Assembly: GCA_030390025.1 (NCBI GenBank)
Contig: CM059431.1
Location: 108,936,001-109,000,000, forward strand
Direction: 5' to 3'
Length of the DNA stretch: 64,000 nt
Origin: Squalus acanthias
Lineage: Eukaryota
The translations under genes were made by a program, and so were the position numbers. Positions 1 through 13,010 of this stretch are shown in pieces. Each line of letters begins with the position of its first letter. Within the stretch, counting starts at the first letter, position 1. A model generated the notes under the pieces. It was not told the origin of the DNA. It saw nothing but the letters and a program-made list of their open reading frames with translations, and did not search any database.

Positions 1-99
1 CAGGTTTATTGCTCATTTCCTACCATGTCTGCTCCACTATCGTTAACTATTCTTTGAGACATGAAGCCTCGGCCCTTTGGAAGTCTCTTTGAAAATACC

Positions 100-365
100 T
101 TCACCTTACCGCCCCTACTCCCTGCCTTTAAACCTTTCAGCCATCCTTTCAGTCCATAAGCTTTGGATCTCCCTCCCTAAACCTCTCCACCTCCCTTTCC
201 TCTTTTAAAACCCTTCTTCAATCCCAACTCTTTGACCAAGCTGTTAATCACCCCTCCTGATGTCTCCTCCTTTGGCTCAGTGACATTTTTGTATGATTGC
301 ACCTCTATGAAGCACCTTGGGACATTTTTCTACATTAAAGGCGCTATATAAACGTGAGTTGTTGT
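100..365 (+). mobile_element. L2-clade LINE 3' end, degenerate
   Basis: ccctccctaaacctctcc...tttgaccaagct...aaaggcgctatataaa plus gttgttgt tail, shared with other copies in the window. Confidence 0.75.
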
Positions 366-411
366 GCCCTTTGACTATGCCTTCACCCCATTGCAAATTT
401 TTTGTTACCTT

Positions 412-1883
412 GGGCCAACACTTGCGATCGGAGGCGTCCCGCGGGCGGACGCCTCCGACCTGCAAAAATTCTAAAAATGTACCTGGTGGCCCGGGAGAAA
501 CGGAGACTCTTGATCCTGGGCCTCTTCAGGTCCGCGCGGGCAGAGCCCCACGTATCCCAGGGTGCAGGCGGTTCGTAGGCGCCCCTGGGATCACGTGGGC
601 CGGCCCAACCAATAAAAGAAGGGAATCCCCATTCATACTGATGCGAGTTCTGTCCGAACAGAACTCCAATAAGTATGAATGGGGAGCACTTAAAAAATAC
701 ACCAACACATGAAATAATTTTTTTTTAATTACATATTTAAAATTAATTAAAATGCCATTTAATTAAATATTTTAAACCAAAATTACATTTTTTGAAAAAA
801 AATTATGGGCCAAAAATTCATCCCGGTGCGTGAGAGTACGCACTGCGTACTCTCGCGTATTCCCACTCCAATTGCCGGTTTTCTGCATGCCCTGCGCATG
901 CGCTGAAAACCGGCAATTGCTCTTTTGAAAAGGAGGCGGTTCCTCGGTGCATCGCGTGCGCGCTACAGGCTGCGCGCACGCTGTGCACTTCATGCTTTGG
1001 ACGCGCAGGTAAGTACTGAAGATTTTAGAAATGGAAAAAGGAGGAGTAAGACCCACTTTTAACAAGGTAAGTAGTGAATTAAGTATTTTTTTGAATTTTT
1101 TTTAACAGGTATATCTTTTTTAGAGACTTTAAAGACAAGTAAGTTTATTTTTATAACTTTTTAAAAGATTTTAAATTTTTTCAAAAATTTAATTTTTTAT
1201 TTAAAATGGTTAATTTATTTAACTATACTTATTTTATTAATGTGATGGTTTTTTTTTAAATTTAATTGAGGTTTAGCTGTTATTTTGGGGGGGTGTAAGA
1301 TTCATAGATTTCACAGCATGTATGTGAAACTTATGAATGGAAGATGGTGTGCTGCCATTGGCTCTAACTGAGTCACGTGATCCCACAGCTCGCACGAATT
1401 CACTACGCTGGTGGGATACGCAAGCACTGCCCGGCTGATGTCTGGAACATCAAGTTCGTGCGAGCTGGATCTGAAAAAGCACAAGCGGAGTGAGAGATCG
1501 CGGGGAAGGCTTACCCCCGCGGGAACAGAGCGAGATCAATTTCTGGGCCTATATGTTTTTACAGGGCTAAAAATAAACTTACCTTATTGAAGAGTATTTT
1601 TAATTTATAAATGAGTGATAAAATGTTATTTATCTATTTTTTTAAACTCTTATGCTGGTAAAAGCAGGCCTTACGCGTAAGAATTTGATAGACATTCAGC
1701 GGGCGGAAGTTGTGCAAATAGCGCAACTCTCCACCAGCAGAGGCCCGTCTCCCGGGGATGCGGAGGATCTGTCAAGAGAATGCTTGACAGATCGCAAGTG
1801 CCGGGTTTTAGTACGTGCGCTTCGCATACCTAAACCCAGAAATTCGCGGCCCCTACGGGCGCGTACACGCCTCGTACGGCCCC
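412..1883. mobile_element. Non-autonomous DNA element (MITE-like) interrupted by a second MITE
   Basis: GC-rich hairpin-bearing ends (ggaggcgtcc/ggacgcctcc). The AT-rich core continues across the 807-1549 insert. Right terminus unclear. Confidence 0.6.
807..1549. mobile_element. PIF/Harbinger-type MITE, nested insertion
   Basis: Imperfect 19-bp TIR (gggccaaaaattcatcccg / cgagatcaatttctgggcc) and 3-bp TSD TAT at 804-806 and 1550-1552. Confidence 0.8.
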
Positions 1884-2980
1884 TTGTTTTCTTCTGCTGT
1901 GCGTCAACCTTTGTTTTCTACCTTGTCCTGCACTCCGACATTTAATTCGTGAGGGGTCCTATAGTAAGGTATTTGGTTGCTGATGGGTTTTAAAACAATG
2001 TTTTTGGCTCTAGTGTGGTTACAATATCAATTAAAAGGTGGATCGATCAGTGGGGCAATGATGCCAACTCATCAGTAACTTACATTTATATAATATTGCT
2101 CATGTAAAGAAAAATCTCAGAAGAGACAAAAAGGAGAGCAGGACAATGACAAAGAAGTAAGGGATGGAGACCACTGTTGAAGCAGTTGAAAAGCAGAGTT
2201 GAAAGACAAGCCTTTGAAGGCACAGGGAGAAAATGGTTTCATAACGGAATTCCAAAGGGCAGGAACATCATGGCAAAAAGAGTTGCCTTCAGTGGTGGAG
2301 TGGAGGGAGTGGGAGGTGAAAAGCAATCCAGAATCAGAGGCATGCAGGATGTGAGTCAGGACGTTGGGTGACAAATTCCAAAGAAGGTTGGCTTGAGACT
2401 GCGAAGGGATTTGAAAGGAAGGACAAGGATTTTGAAGTTGATTTTCCGGGCACTGGGAGCCAGTTGTGTCCGCCACAAAATATATACATTCAGCCATCTC
2501 TGAAAGCTGAAACTGTGCAGCTATGTCTGTGGTGAAAACGTTCCAATGAGACAACATGGCAGCATTTCAGTGGAGCTCCCAGAGCAGGCAGGAACTGAGA
2601 TGGCAGAAAATGCCACTTTAAAAGGAGAAATCCTAACAAGATATTTTACATTGTTGGGCATCTTCCATGCCACACAACCTTCCCAGATTGAGAGGAAAGG
2701 CAGACAAACAGATATTGCAGTCAGTCTTTAAATTATTCATTTATTTTAATTTAAATAAGGACCGTTTCTCTTACTTCTGTATTTTGATGCTCTTAGAGGT
2801 TTTAGAATATATACATCTCTTATTCAGGATCATACATTGGTGCCTACTTAAATAGTTCCAGCTCCAACTGGATATCCCTAGAAAGGCCACTTAAATCGTC
2901 TCTATCCATTGGAGTCTCCCTAAAAATAAATTGAGAAGTCGCACAACACCAGGTTATAGTCCAACAGATTTATTTAAAAT

Positions 2981-3016
2981 TACAAGCTTTCGGAGCTGTC
3001 GCCCCTTCCTCAGGTA
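2981..3016 (-). ncRNA. Minimal type I hammerhead ribozyme motif (DACH1 sense strand)
   Basis: Exact reverse complement of 3049-3084. Confidence 0.7.
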
Positions 3017-3048
3017 GAGTAACTGTGAGAGAATTACTCACAGTTCTC

Positions 3049-3084
3049 TACCTGAGGAAGGGGCGACAGCTCCGAAAGCTTGTA
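3049..3084 (+). ncRNA. Minimal type I hammerhead ribozyme motif
   Basis: UAC-CUGAGGA-A-GGGGC-GACA-GCUCC-GAAA-GCUU-GUA: core boxes, stem II, palindromic AAGCUU in place of stem III, 3-bp stem I. Confidence 0.7.
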
Positions 3085-5297
3085 ATTTTAAATAAATCTG
3101 TTGAACTATAACCTGGTGTTGTGCGACTTCTCAATTTTGTCCACCCCAGTCCAACGCCGGCATCTCCACATCATAAAAATAAATTGGTTGACTTTGTAAG
3201 AAACCAATTGGTCAACAACGGTCATTAAAAAAACAAGGCTTTTCCAATTTTGACTCCCCAAATCTAGCAGTAATGATAACTCCTTATGTTGAACAAAATA
3301 TTCCTTTTAATCAATCAGCCCTGTTAAGTAAACACTGTGGAATGTACTGGGAATTCAATGAGGCCTAAGCAAACGTTCCCTTTAAATGAACTTTCCCATT
3401 AACTGGACGGCTATTAATTAACTTGTGCCTTTAACCTTGAAATGATAAAAGGTTATAAATCCTTCCCAAGGTAGACAGGAGGCTTTGCTGTAACGCTCTG
3501 TATCAGGGTAAATCCTGCCAGATGTGCAAATTGTCAGGGCAGATACTGTGCGGACAGTAACTAATTTCTCGCAGGAACCAAAGCCATAAGGTATAATGTG
3601 CAAAGTGAAGCCAGGGTTACTGCTGAGGTCCTAAGAGGGGTACCGGGCAGATGATCTCCATGAGACAACAATAGGAAAGCCAGGTGCTGGCAATGGTGTT
3701 GTCATGTTAAAAATACTGCCCAAGAAATAGCAACAGCTTAGTTTATAAGGACAAGAGCTCTTGGAAGAGATATGTGGAAACCTGAGGTGGTATACTAACC
3801 AGAACGCAGCAATCCACTGCAGCCAATTGTATTGTTCCGTTTTTCATCATGCCACTGCCATTGGATGAGTCAGGTCCAGGAAGCTGAGAAGATCCTGTGT
3901 ACCACCACCCCCCCCCCGCCCCGCCCCACCCCCCACCTACCTCTGAAGTAAATTCATCTCCAGCGCACTACATAAAGTGCTTACTATGACCTTTCCTATA
4001 TTTGTGTGTCGTGGTCAACTTTATTTCAAAATGACCTGTATTATTGTAATTAGCTCTGTCTATAACGACATTGGGAGTGAATGTCTGCGGAGGTTCTCAC
4101 ACTTGTTCCGTGTAAGCAGCGTTTTTTTTCCAGGGTTTCCGTGCCTCGCCCTCCAAAGGTACAACGAACGAGCGGGAGAACCCTACCAGAAATTCACCCC
4201 CTTTCTACGTGTTGCTTCGCTCCTCTTTAAGAAGCGAGGAAATATCATTGTTGGGAGTGCATGCTCACCAGCAGATCAGAGTGCATCATCAGCAACGTAG
4301 TGTTCTCTGTTCCTGGAACTCACTGAAAACTGCAGCGTTGAAGACTATTTAATTGAAGCTTCGCAGACTCACAATAACCACCTGAGCCTTTGCACAGTGT
4401 TTTGTTATCCCTGCAGACATTATCTGGAGTGCACATCAATGAAATACTGCGAGAAGGCTAAAAGAGGGAGGGGGAAAACGCAGCACTTTTTAATTGATGA
4501 AGTCACGCCTCCATTTCTCCACAGCTCAGTATGCTTGCTACTACCACAGTGGGTCACTGTTCTAAAGGCGCCGAGATTCTTCAACTTCCTTTTCCTCGCA
4601 ATTTTCTCCCTTCTCGTTCGGAGATTGTTGCCTCTCTGCTGGGGTAGGGTTCAAGGGACAGCAGTCATTTTGCTCAAGTAGCTGTTATTCATTTATGAGC
4701 CTTGACAGTGAGTGGTGGCAGGCTATATGACTGAACTGGACCTTGACTTCAACTGAGCTGTCATGGAGGAAGGTGCTGAACGAGAGGCTAAAAGGTTCCT
4801 CTCAAGACAGGGAGGGGAAACCAGAGGGTCAAAGCACCTCAGATACTCTTGTGCACCTCCAAGCCATAAAGCAGCATTGGTGGATCTCCAACATTCCAGC
4901 CCACACACTCAATTTTGGTCTCCTGTGCCTTCAAATGCAAGTAGTTGTGTGTTTGCCTGATATTGGCAAATGAGGGGAACAAATTGACAGGTTTGTTTTA
5001 GTGGCAGTCATTAATTAATGGATTGACTTGCCTTCATTACATGTCAGACAGTTCTAGATAGTCAACGTTTTGTTGCCAAAAAGTAACATATCTCTGACAA
5101 CACTAACATGGTCGACTAAAGATGGACAACATGCAAACAGGCTAGAAAGGAGTTTATTTTTGCACTTACCCAGGCATCAAAAGAAACGTATATCGATATT
5201 ATATAAATAGGGTCTAGTGTGATATAATCCTGTCACCTGCAGTATCTAGAGCTATACACTGATCACTAGCTGAGCAAAATGCTCAGTAATGTTCAGC

Positions 5298-5828
5298 TAA
5301 GGAAGGATATACTTGCCATAGGGGGAGTGCAACAAAGGTTCAACTAGACTGATTCCTGGGATGAGGGGATTGTCCTATGAGGAGAGATTGATTAGACTAG
5401 GCCTATATTCCCTAGAGTTTAGAAGAATGAGAGGTGATCTCATTGAAACATATCAAATTCTTTAAGGGCTTGACAGGGTAGATGCGGCGAGGTTGTTTCC
5501 CCTGGCTGGGGAGTCCAGAACTAGGGGGCACAGTCTCAGGATAAGGGGTCGGCCATTTAGGACTGAGATGAGAAGACATTTTTTCACTTAAGGCGTTGTG
5601 AATCTTTGGAATTCTCTATCCCAGAGAGCTGTGGAGGCTCAGTTGTTGAGTATATTCAAGACAGAGATCAATAGATTTTTGGATACTAAGGGAATCATGG
5701 GATATGGGGATAGCATGGGAAGGTGGAGTTGAGGTAGAAGATCAGCCATGATCTTATTGAATGGCGGAGCAGGCTCGAAGGGCCGTACGGTCTACTCCTG
5801 GTCCTATTCCTTGTGTTCTTAGGTTCTT
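5298..5828 (+). mobile_element. CR1 LINE 3' fragment
   Basis: agaagaatgagaggtgatctcattgaaaca (RRMRGDLIET), WNSL motif, and 3' UTR gaatggcggagcaggctcgaagggcc with gttctta tail. Confidence 0.9.
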
Positions 5829-5869
5829 AATTCCATCATCGTGAGTTTAAAGCATCAATTAAAAAAAAC

Positions 5870-6130
5870 GTCCCTGTTGTGTACTGAGTTAGGTTTTTTG
5901 ACCTGGGATGGCAATAGATTTATTTGCTTCAGTCTTCCCAAGTTAATGAGGGGAGGGGGGGAATCAGTCAGGGTTCCCACTCCTGATCGCAATTAATGAC
6001 CCATGCTGAAAAGTACTTGTGTGAGGATGATTGCCGAGTACTGGATTGGACTGGTCTGCAATGCCCCCTGTGGAGGAATAGGCTGCTAACACTCGCTCCA
6101 GATGAAAGATGGCCACTTGCGTGACATTCA
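5870..6130 (+). repeat. Old degenerate SINE-like repeat; other copies near 19620-19860(+), 23550-23860(+), 24440-24750(-), 28130-28400(-), 51870-52230(-), 54880-55060(-), 60050-60460(+)
   Basis: Shared core resembling cagggttcccactcctgatcgc...tgctggaaagtg. Confidence 0.6.
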
Positions 6131-8245
6131 CCACTGCTTTCAGCAGAGGAATAAAAGAAAAGAGAAAGCAAGTAGCAGCAAAAATATCAACTTATAACAG
6201 CCCAGTAAATGGGTGCAACTTGTTGGCCAAAGGTTATCAAAAGGTCTCTTGTTCAGCAAGACAGTGAAACACTCGCTCAGAAAAAATGATCAACCCTCCC
6301 ATCGACAAAATGAAACCGTCGTCCAGTGTAGCATCCGTCAGAGAATTATCAACCCTCCGATCAACACAATGAAATGGCTGGAGCATGTGAGATCACTGTA
6401 TGGAGACAAAATATATATAGATTGGCAAATGAATAGCCTATTTATTCTGCCTTAAGCTGACTCTTTGAGGAGGTTCAGCTGCAGAAAGACACGAGCTGTA
6501 AAATGCATCCCTCACGGCTGTCTTTTCCATCCCTATCCCTTTTGGCCTGTGTTGGTTTTCGTTGAAAGTTTCTGCCCCCACCACCGCCTCCCCCCCCCCC
6601 CCCCCCACCCCACTCTGACAGCCTTTTATCCGCTAATATGTGAAACAATTGTAATGTAAAGCATGTGAGTGCGGAGTCTTTGCCACCGGGCTCTCATAAA
6701 TCTTCCCAGTTCCCAGTGAACAACACCAAATATTTGCAGCTGAGGAACATTTGGTCTGGCTTAAATTAACATTTCTCAGCAGTCAGAAGTCATTAGGCTC
6801 TGCCAGTGATTTGAAACCATTTTTCCATTTCAAAAAGCTACAGAGGCTGGCTGTGAAATTTGGTTTGGATGGGCCTGAGGGAGAAGGTGTGTGGGAGAAA
6901 ACCGTTAAAATGGATTTTGTAAGCACTAATGAAAAATCGCAGTAAGGGCCAAGAATCACGTTTAGCAGATTTGTTATTTAGACACTGTTGGCTTGCACAG
7001 CACATATGTAAATAATCAAAGGATTATTTTTGGTTGATACATTCTAAAGCAGGTGTTGAATTACACAGTTTGCATCTTGCCTCTTTTAAACGGTTAATTT
7101 ATCTTATTTCCTATCAGAGTTCATGTTTCCAAGCTGATCTTGTGCTCGCGCTGAATCCGCTCCACATCCGTACTGCATAAGCTTCCCCCACCGGCTCAAA
7201 CCCCTCCTTTCACACTGCCAGCAACATTAGAATGGAAAGCTACAGGGATTTTTTTTTTTGTTATTGAGCGAGTGCCTTCAATCTGCTTAAGAACCATTAC
7301 AATTATCATCATTCATTTCACTGCTTTGGTTTGTTTGCATTCCACCCAGAGCTGGGACAGACAGAAGTGAATAGCAGTTAAGCGTTGCCCGTGTTCCAAC
7401 GGCAGCACACATTCATTTTTAAACAGCGACAGTAATTTTGACAAAACAATCCAGGCCAGAAAAACTGACAAATTGCTTCAACTGCAAAAAAAAACCACGT
7501 CTGGAGTAAAGGGAGAGCCTTAGGAAAATTACTTTTCTTAAATCGTAATCTTCAACAAAAGTAGCTGTTATTTTATCTTTATTTTATCGTGGTAGCCCAT
7601 TCATATCCTGTGGGGCCTTTAGGACTGCTCAATGGCAAACATTAGCAGAGTTTAGATAGACAGGCATAATAGAGGACACAATGGATAATATATGAAGCAG
7701 GAAACAATCTACAACTGTGAGGTATTTTGTCAGGTTTACAAATCAGACTCAAGCCGAGCAATCAGTTCCTATTGAAAATACTGTCTTGAAAATTGCAGAA
7801 ATTCTTCGGCGTTTAACATTGTGAAAGGCGTTATACAAACGCAAATCATTCTTTTTATCTTTTATATAACTTCTCAAAACTTCATCGACATATTTCTCTT
7901 TTCTTTATACCTTTTCGGCAACATTTTCTCTTTAAACTAGGAGGCAACAGAATCTTGGGATGGGTTTAATATTTCCTGGGGAAAGGGGGAGATGGGGAAC
8001 TATCAGCATTTTCCCAAGTTTGACTGGCATGAAGTGCATCTTTGTGTGGGATAGGATTACATTCCCTCTCCCAATAACTCACCACTGTCCCTGCATCCAT
8101 AATAATTGTTGCCCTCACCCAAGTGGGGATAAAGAAAAAAAACACTTGCATTTATATAGCGCCTGTCACAACCTCAAGACGTCCCAAAGCACCTTTACAG
8201 CCAAGGAAGTACCTTCATAGGTAAATTTTACCTATAAGAGAGGTC

Positions 8246-8550
8246 ATGCCCCTGAGATATCTGCGCTCCTCTAATTCTGCCCCCTTGAGCATCCCTGATT
8301 ATAATCGCTCAACCTTTGGTGGCCGTACCTTCTGTTGCCTGGGCCCTAAGCTCTGGAATTCCCTCCCTAAACCTCTCCGCCTCGCTACCTCTCTTTCTTC
8401 CTTTAAGACGCTCCTTAAAACCTACCTCTGACCAAGCTTTTGGTCACCTGCCCTAATTTATCCTTATGTGGATCGGTGTCAAATTTTTTTGTCTTAAAAT
8501 ACGTTTTACTACGTTAAAGGTGCTAAATAAATATAAGTTGTTGTTGTTGT
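8246..8550 (+). mobile_element. L2-clade LINE 3' end
   Basis: Encodes LRSSNS...GGRTFCCLGPKLWNSLPKPLRLATSLSSFKTLLKTYL; (gtt)n tail. Confidence 0.9.
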
Positions 8551-8879
8551 AATGTAGCCCCCTTTGTTATTGAGCTGATGCAAGTGAAGCAGATTTAACA
8601 ATGCTGCTTTGCTTGTGCCAGCCAAGTTACCCTGGCCGTGCACACTGACACTCTAGCATGAGCCCACCCACTTCCCTTGGGCTGGCAGACGCGTGCTGGC
8701 AAGTAGGGGTTCAAAGTCTATACAAGCTAAGTGAGATGGGCACAAACACGGCGCACTGCGGTTTCCTTTGAAACGGAAACACCACTGCCGACGTGCAGAC
8801 ATTGGAGATTGCAGAGTGCAGCAGCCAAGCCTATCTGACATCATCAACTTAGCAACTATTCTAATGCTCTCGGCTGAGC

Positions 8880-9197
8880 AACATAGAATTGCACAGACTT
8901 TACAGCACAGAAACAGGCCATTCGGCCCAATTGGTCTGTGCTGGTGTTGATGCTCCACATGAGCCTCCTCCCACCCTATTTCATCTCATCCTATCAGCAT
9001 ATCCTTCTATTCCTTTCTCTCTCGTGTTTATCCAGCTACCTCTTAAATGCATCTATGCTATTCACTTCAACTATTCCCTGTGGTAGCAAGTTCCACATTC
9101 GAACTACTCTCTGGGGAAGGAAGTTTCTCTTGAATTCCTTATTGGATTTGTTAGTGACGATCTTATATTTATGACCCCTAGTTTTGGACTCCCTCAT
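8880..9197 (-). mobile_element. CR1 LINE 3' fragment
   Basis: Reverse complement of CR1 3' UTR (acagcacagaaacaggccattcggccc) and the RVVRMWNLLP region. Confidence 0.8.
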
Positions 9198-9849
9198 TAC
9201 TTAAATTAACAATTATCAGCAGGACTCATTATTATCCCATATCATTTAAGCAATTATTGTCAGGTCCAAAAACCATATCCATATATCCTCATTAGGATTC
9301 TACCTTCCCAATACTTAAAAAAATTTCTATCATATATATCTCAGTGTTAGAGAGTTAAGGCCATTTTCTCATGGATATCAAAAGGTTGAAGTCCCATTGG
9401 CACGAGCGAGAGGTGGGGAAGAAACACAGGCCCTGAACAGGCAAGAACAGAACAGAGGCCTTGGGGTGAGCAGAGAAATGGCCCAGCTGGAACACAAGCC
9501 AGACAAATGTTGTTAAGGGCCAGGATGGACCTCTCTGGCCCATTTTAACCCCTGCATATGCTGACGCAACAATGAATAGATCTCGATATTGCCATGGGGA
9601 GATTTTGTTTATTCAGTGGATATCCAGCACCTGGTAAGGTCTTGTGTACACTTCCTAAATGAATTCTGGAAGCCCGCATGACGTGATGTTAATTTGCAAG
9701 TGCAAATTGTCATTTTTGATTTCAAATGTGTGAAGTATTGATCCTTCAAGTAACAAAACAAAGAACCCAAATTGTAGAATAAATGAGTATGATTTGTCAT
9801 AAATGTCATCAAAGTTGAGTTTCACAGAGAGAATAGTGAATGTCTGAGA

Positions 9850-10195
9850 ACGATTATGAATACCTAACATACCTGGGAGTAATTTAGGAATGACAAATGG
9901 GTACCTGAGGGTGATTAGAGGGAGAATGGCGGATACACGAGAGTGCTTGGAGAATAACTGATAATACCTGGGAGTGAATAATGGATAGCTAGGAGGAATT
10001 ACAAAATGAATAATGGACATCCAAGAATAATTACAGAGGGTATAATAGTGATTACAGAAGAATTACAGAAGAATTGATATCTAAACCCGATCAGCGCACC
10101 ATTAATGGATATCTTGAAGCAATTACAAAGAGGGTAAGGAGTATTGTATCAGAGAATGATTATACAATAACTAATTATACATAGGAGTGATTATA
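9850..10195. repeat. Degenerate minisatellite-like tract
   Basis: Recurrent tacctgggagt, aataatggat and attacaga units. Confidence 0.45.
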
Positions 10196-10518
10196 GAATC
10201 ATGGAATCGTACAGCACAGAAGGAGGCCATTCGGCTCATTGAGTCTGCGCCGGCTCTTTCAAAGAGTTTATAAGGCATTAATTTCTTCAAAGAGTTCAGA
10301 TGAAATCCCAAATCTCCAAATCAAATGCCTTTAACTCTTCCGTGAACTGTAGTTCAGTCTTGTTTATTTACTGTGAAAACCATTGCCAGTAGATGCTCGT
10401 GACAAGTGTGCCATATTTCAATGACACACGGTGACACTAAAGGGTTAATAATTATGACAATCTCTGCGTGATAATCAGAACGCAACACAGACAGTATCGA
10501 CTGATGTGATTTATCCAG

Positions 10519-12090
10519 GAAGAAGATGCTGCCATAGACAGTGAAGGAGGAGGTGGAGGAGATACTGGATGGGATAAAAATTGATAAAGAGGAGGTACTA
10601 GAAAGGCTGGCTGTACATAAAGTAGATAAGTCATCAGGACCTGATGGGATGCATCCTAGGACGCTGAGGGAAGTGAAGGAAGAAATCGCGGAGGTACTGG
10701 CCATAATCTTCCAAACCTCCTTAGAAACATTGCTGGTACCAGAGGACTGGCGAATTGCAAATGTTACACCCTTGTTCAAAAAAGGTGTAATGATAAATCC
10801 AGCAACTACAGGCCAGTCAGTTTAACCTCGGCAGTGGGGAAGCTTTTAGAAACAATAATCAGGGACAAAATTAACAGTCACTTGGACAAGTGTGGATTAA
10901 TTAAGGAAAGCCAGCATGGATTTGTTAAAGGCAAATCGTGTTTAACCAACTTGATCGAGTTTTTTGATGAGGTAACAGAGAGGGTTGATGAGGGCAATGC
11001 GGGTGACGTGGTGTACATGGATTTCCAAAAGGCGTTCGACAAAGTGCCACATAATAGGCTTGCCAGCAAAGTTGAAGCCCATTGAATAAAAGTTACAGTG
11101 GCAGCATGGATACGAAATTGGCTAAGTGACAGGAAACAGAGAGTAGTGGTGAACGGTTGGTTTTTGGACTGGAGGAAGGTATACAGTGGTGATCCCCAGG
11201 GGTCGGTTCTAGGACCGACTTATATATACTAATGACTTGGATGTGGGTGTACAGGGCACAATTTCAAAATTTGCAGATGACACAAAACTTGGAAGTATAG
11301 TGAACAGTGGAGGATGATAGTGATAGACTTCAAGAGAACATAGACAGGCTGATGGAATGGGTGCATGAACAGAGAGACTTAGGGGTATATGTGCACAAAT
11401 CGTTGAAGGTGGCAGGGCAGGTTGAGAAAGCAGTTAAAAAAGCATACGGGATCCTGGGCTTCATGAATAGAGGTATAGTGTACAAAAGCAAGGAAGTTAT
11501 GATGAATCTGTGTAAAACACTGGTTCGGCCTCAACTGGAGTATTGTGTGCAATTCTGGTCACCGCACTTTAGGAAGGGTGTGATGGCCTTAGAGAGGGTG
11601 CAGAAAGATTTACGAGAATGGTTCCAAGGATGAGGGACTTCAGTTACATGGATAGACTGGTGAAGCTGGGATTGATCTCCTTAGAGCAGAGAAGATTGAG
11701 AGGAGATTTGATAGAGGTGTTCAAAATCATGAGGGGTCTGGACAGAGTAGATAGAGGGAAACTGTTCCCATTGGCAGAAGGGTTGAGAACCAGAGGACAC
11801 AGATTTAAGGCAATTGGCAGAAGAACCAAAGGCGACATGAGGAAAAACTTTTTTACGCAGCGAGTGGTTATGATCTGGAATGCACTGCCTGAAAGGGTGG
11901 TGGAGGCAGACTCAATCGTGGCTTTCAAAAGGGAGTTGGATAAGTACCTGAAGGAAAAAAAATTTGCAGGGCTACGGGGAAAGGGCGGGGGCGTGGGACT
12001 AACTGAAGTGCTCTTGCAGAGAGCCGGCATGGGCTCGACGGGCTGAATGGCCTCCTACTGTGCTTTAACCATTCTATGATTCTATGATTC
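10519..12090 (+). mobile_element. CR1 LINE, 5'-truncated, disrupted RT ORF2
   Basis: ORFs with KSSGPDGMHP, QHGFVKGKSCLTNL, YMDFQKAFDKVPH and LVRPQLEYCVQFWSP; attctatg tail; premature stop and an internal deletion near 11360. Confidence 0.96.
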
Positions 12091-13010
12091 TGTGATCTCA
12101 AATCTAAAATGAAAGGACAAACTAGAAAGCATTGAAGATTGTTGTTGTAGTTGTGAAATCCAAGGAACCCAAGAGTTAAATTAAATGTTATAGCCTCTTA
12201 CAATATATAACATTAAAGTGCTGACGAGAGACAGCTTCAGCAATGATGTGTATCTGAAATACTCCAGAATTTTTTAAAGCCATATTGCAAATGTCATATA
12301 ATAAACTGCTGAACATGTCACATTCTCTGGATACACCAGGATATATTATGTAAAGAAGAGACACACTTTACATAATAATGAATAGTAAATGGTTGGTTGC
12401 GCTGAAAATATGAGTAGGAAAAAAATGGATGTGTAATGATCAGGTATATGATTTAAAAAGATGGGCTGCAACCAAAAATATAAAGGCATTGATAGCAAAA
12501 AGATTATACCTCATTCAGAGGCGTGAGAAATAAATGTAAAATATGAAGTAGAGTGAGGACTTTTCAATATAGGAGGTCTTTTGCCCAGTTGTTCCTGTTG
12601 AGATGCAAATCAATGCTGCTTAATCATACAAAAGCTGGTGACAATTACTTTGAATGTCTTTCCACTGACATAGCACTTAAATGTTAACAACGAGAGCAGT
12701 GAACAAAAGGGATGCTCTTTGGAAACCTGAAACTTTAGAAAGGAAGAGGGGTCCTGCGCAAACTGGGAATAAATGGGATTATCACAGTAGACAATTTTTT
12801 TTAAATTGAAGTATAAAGTATTAAAGCAGCACAGTCTTCAAGGATAAGACCCAGAAAGTGTCATGTATTATTTTTTTATTGCAGTGATCTCAGCCTTCCT
12901 TTCTTCACTTACCCATGACACGATGATAGATTTAACATGATTTACTTTATAGTTTTTGTGTGTCTGTAAACAAACAAAAAAGATTTGAAACACCCTTTTT
13001 AGTGAAGGTG

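Larger units (their letters stand above)
2931..3173. mobile_element. Penelope-like terminal repeat pair in inverted (fold-back) arrangement
   Basis: Near-perfect inverted arms of about 100 bp (2929-3029 vs 3037-3136). Flanking duplication taaaaataaattg at 2921-2933 and 3174-3186. Hammerhead motif in each arm. Confidence 0.8.

Noticed and set aside
317..1945. ORFs of 60-131 aa in the first 2 kb
   Set aside because: They lie in GC-rich MITE arms and show no protein motifs.
9850..10195. Periodic repeat considered as a CRISPR-like array
   Set aside because: Units are degenerate with no repeat/unique-spacer structure, and the context is vertebrate with no cas genes.
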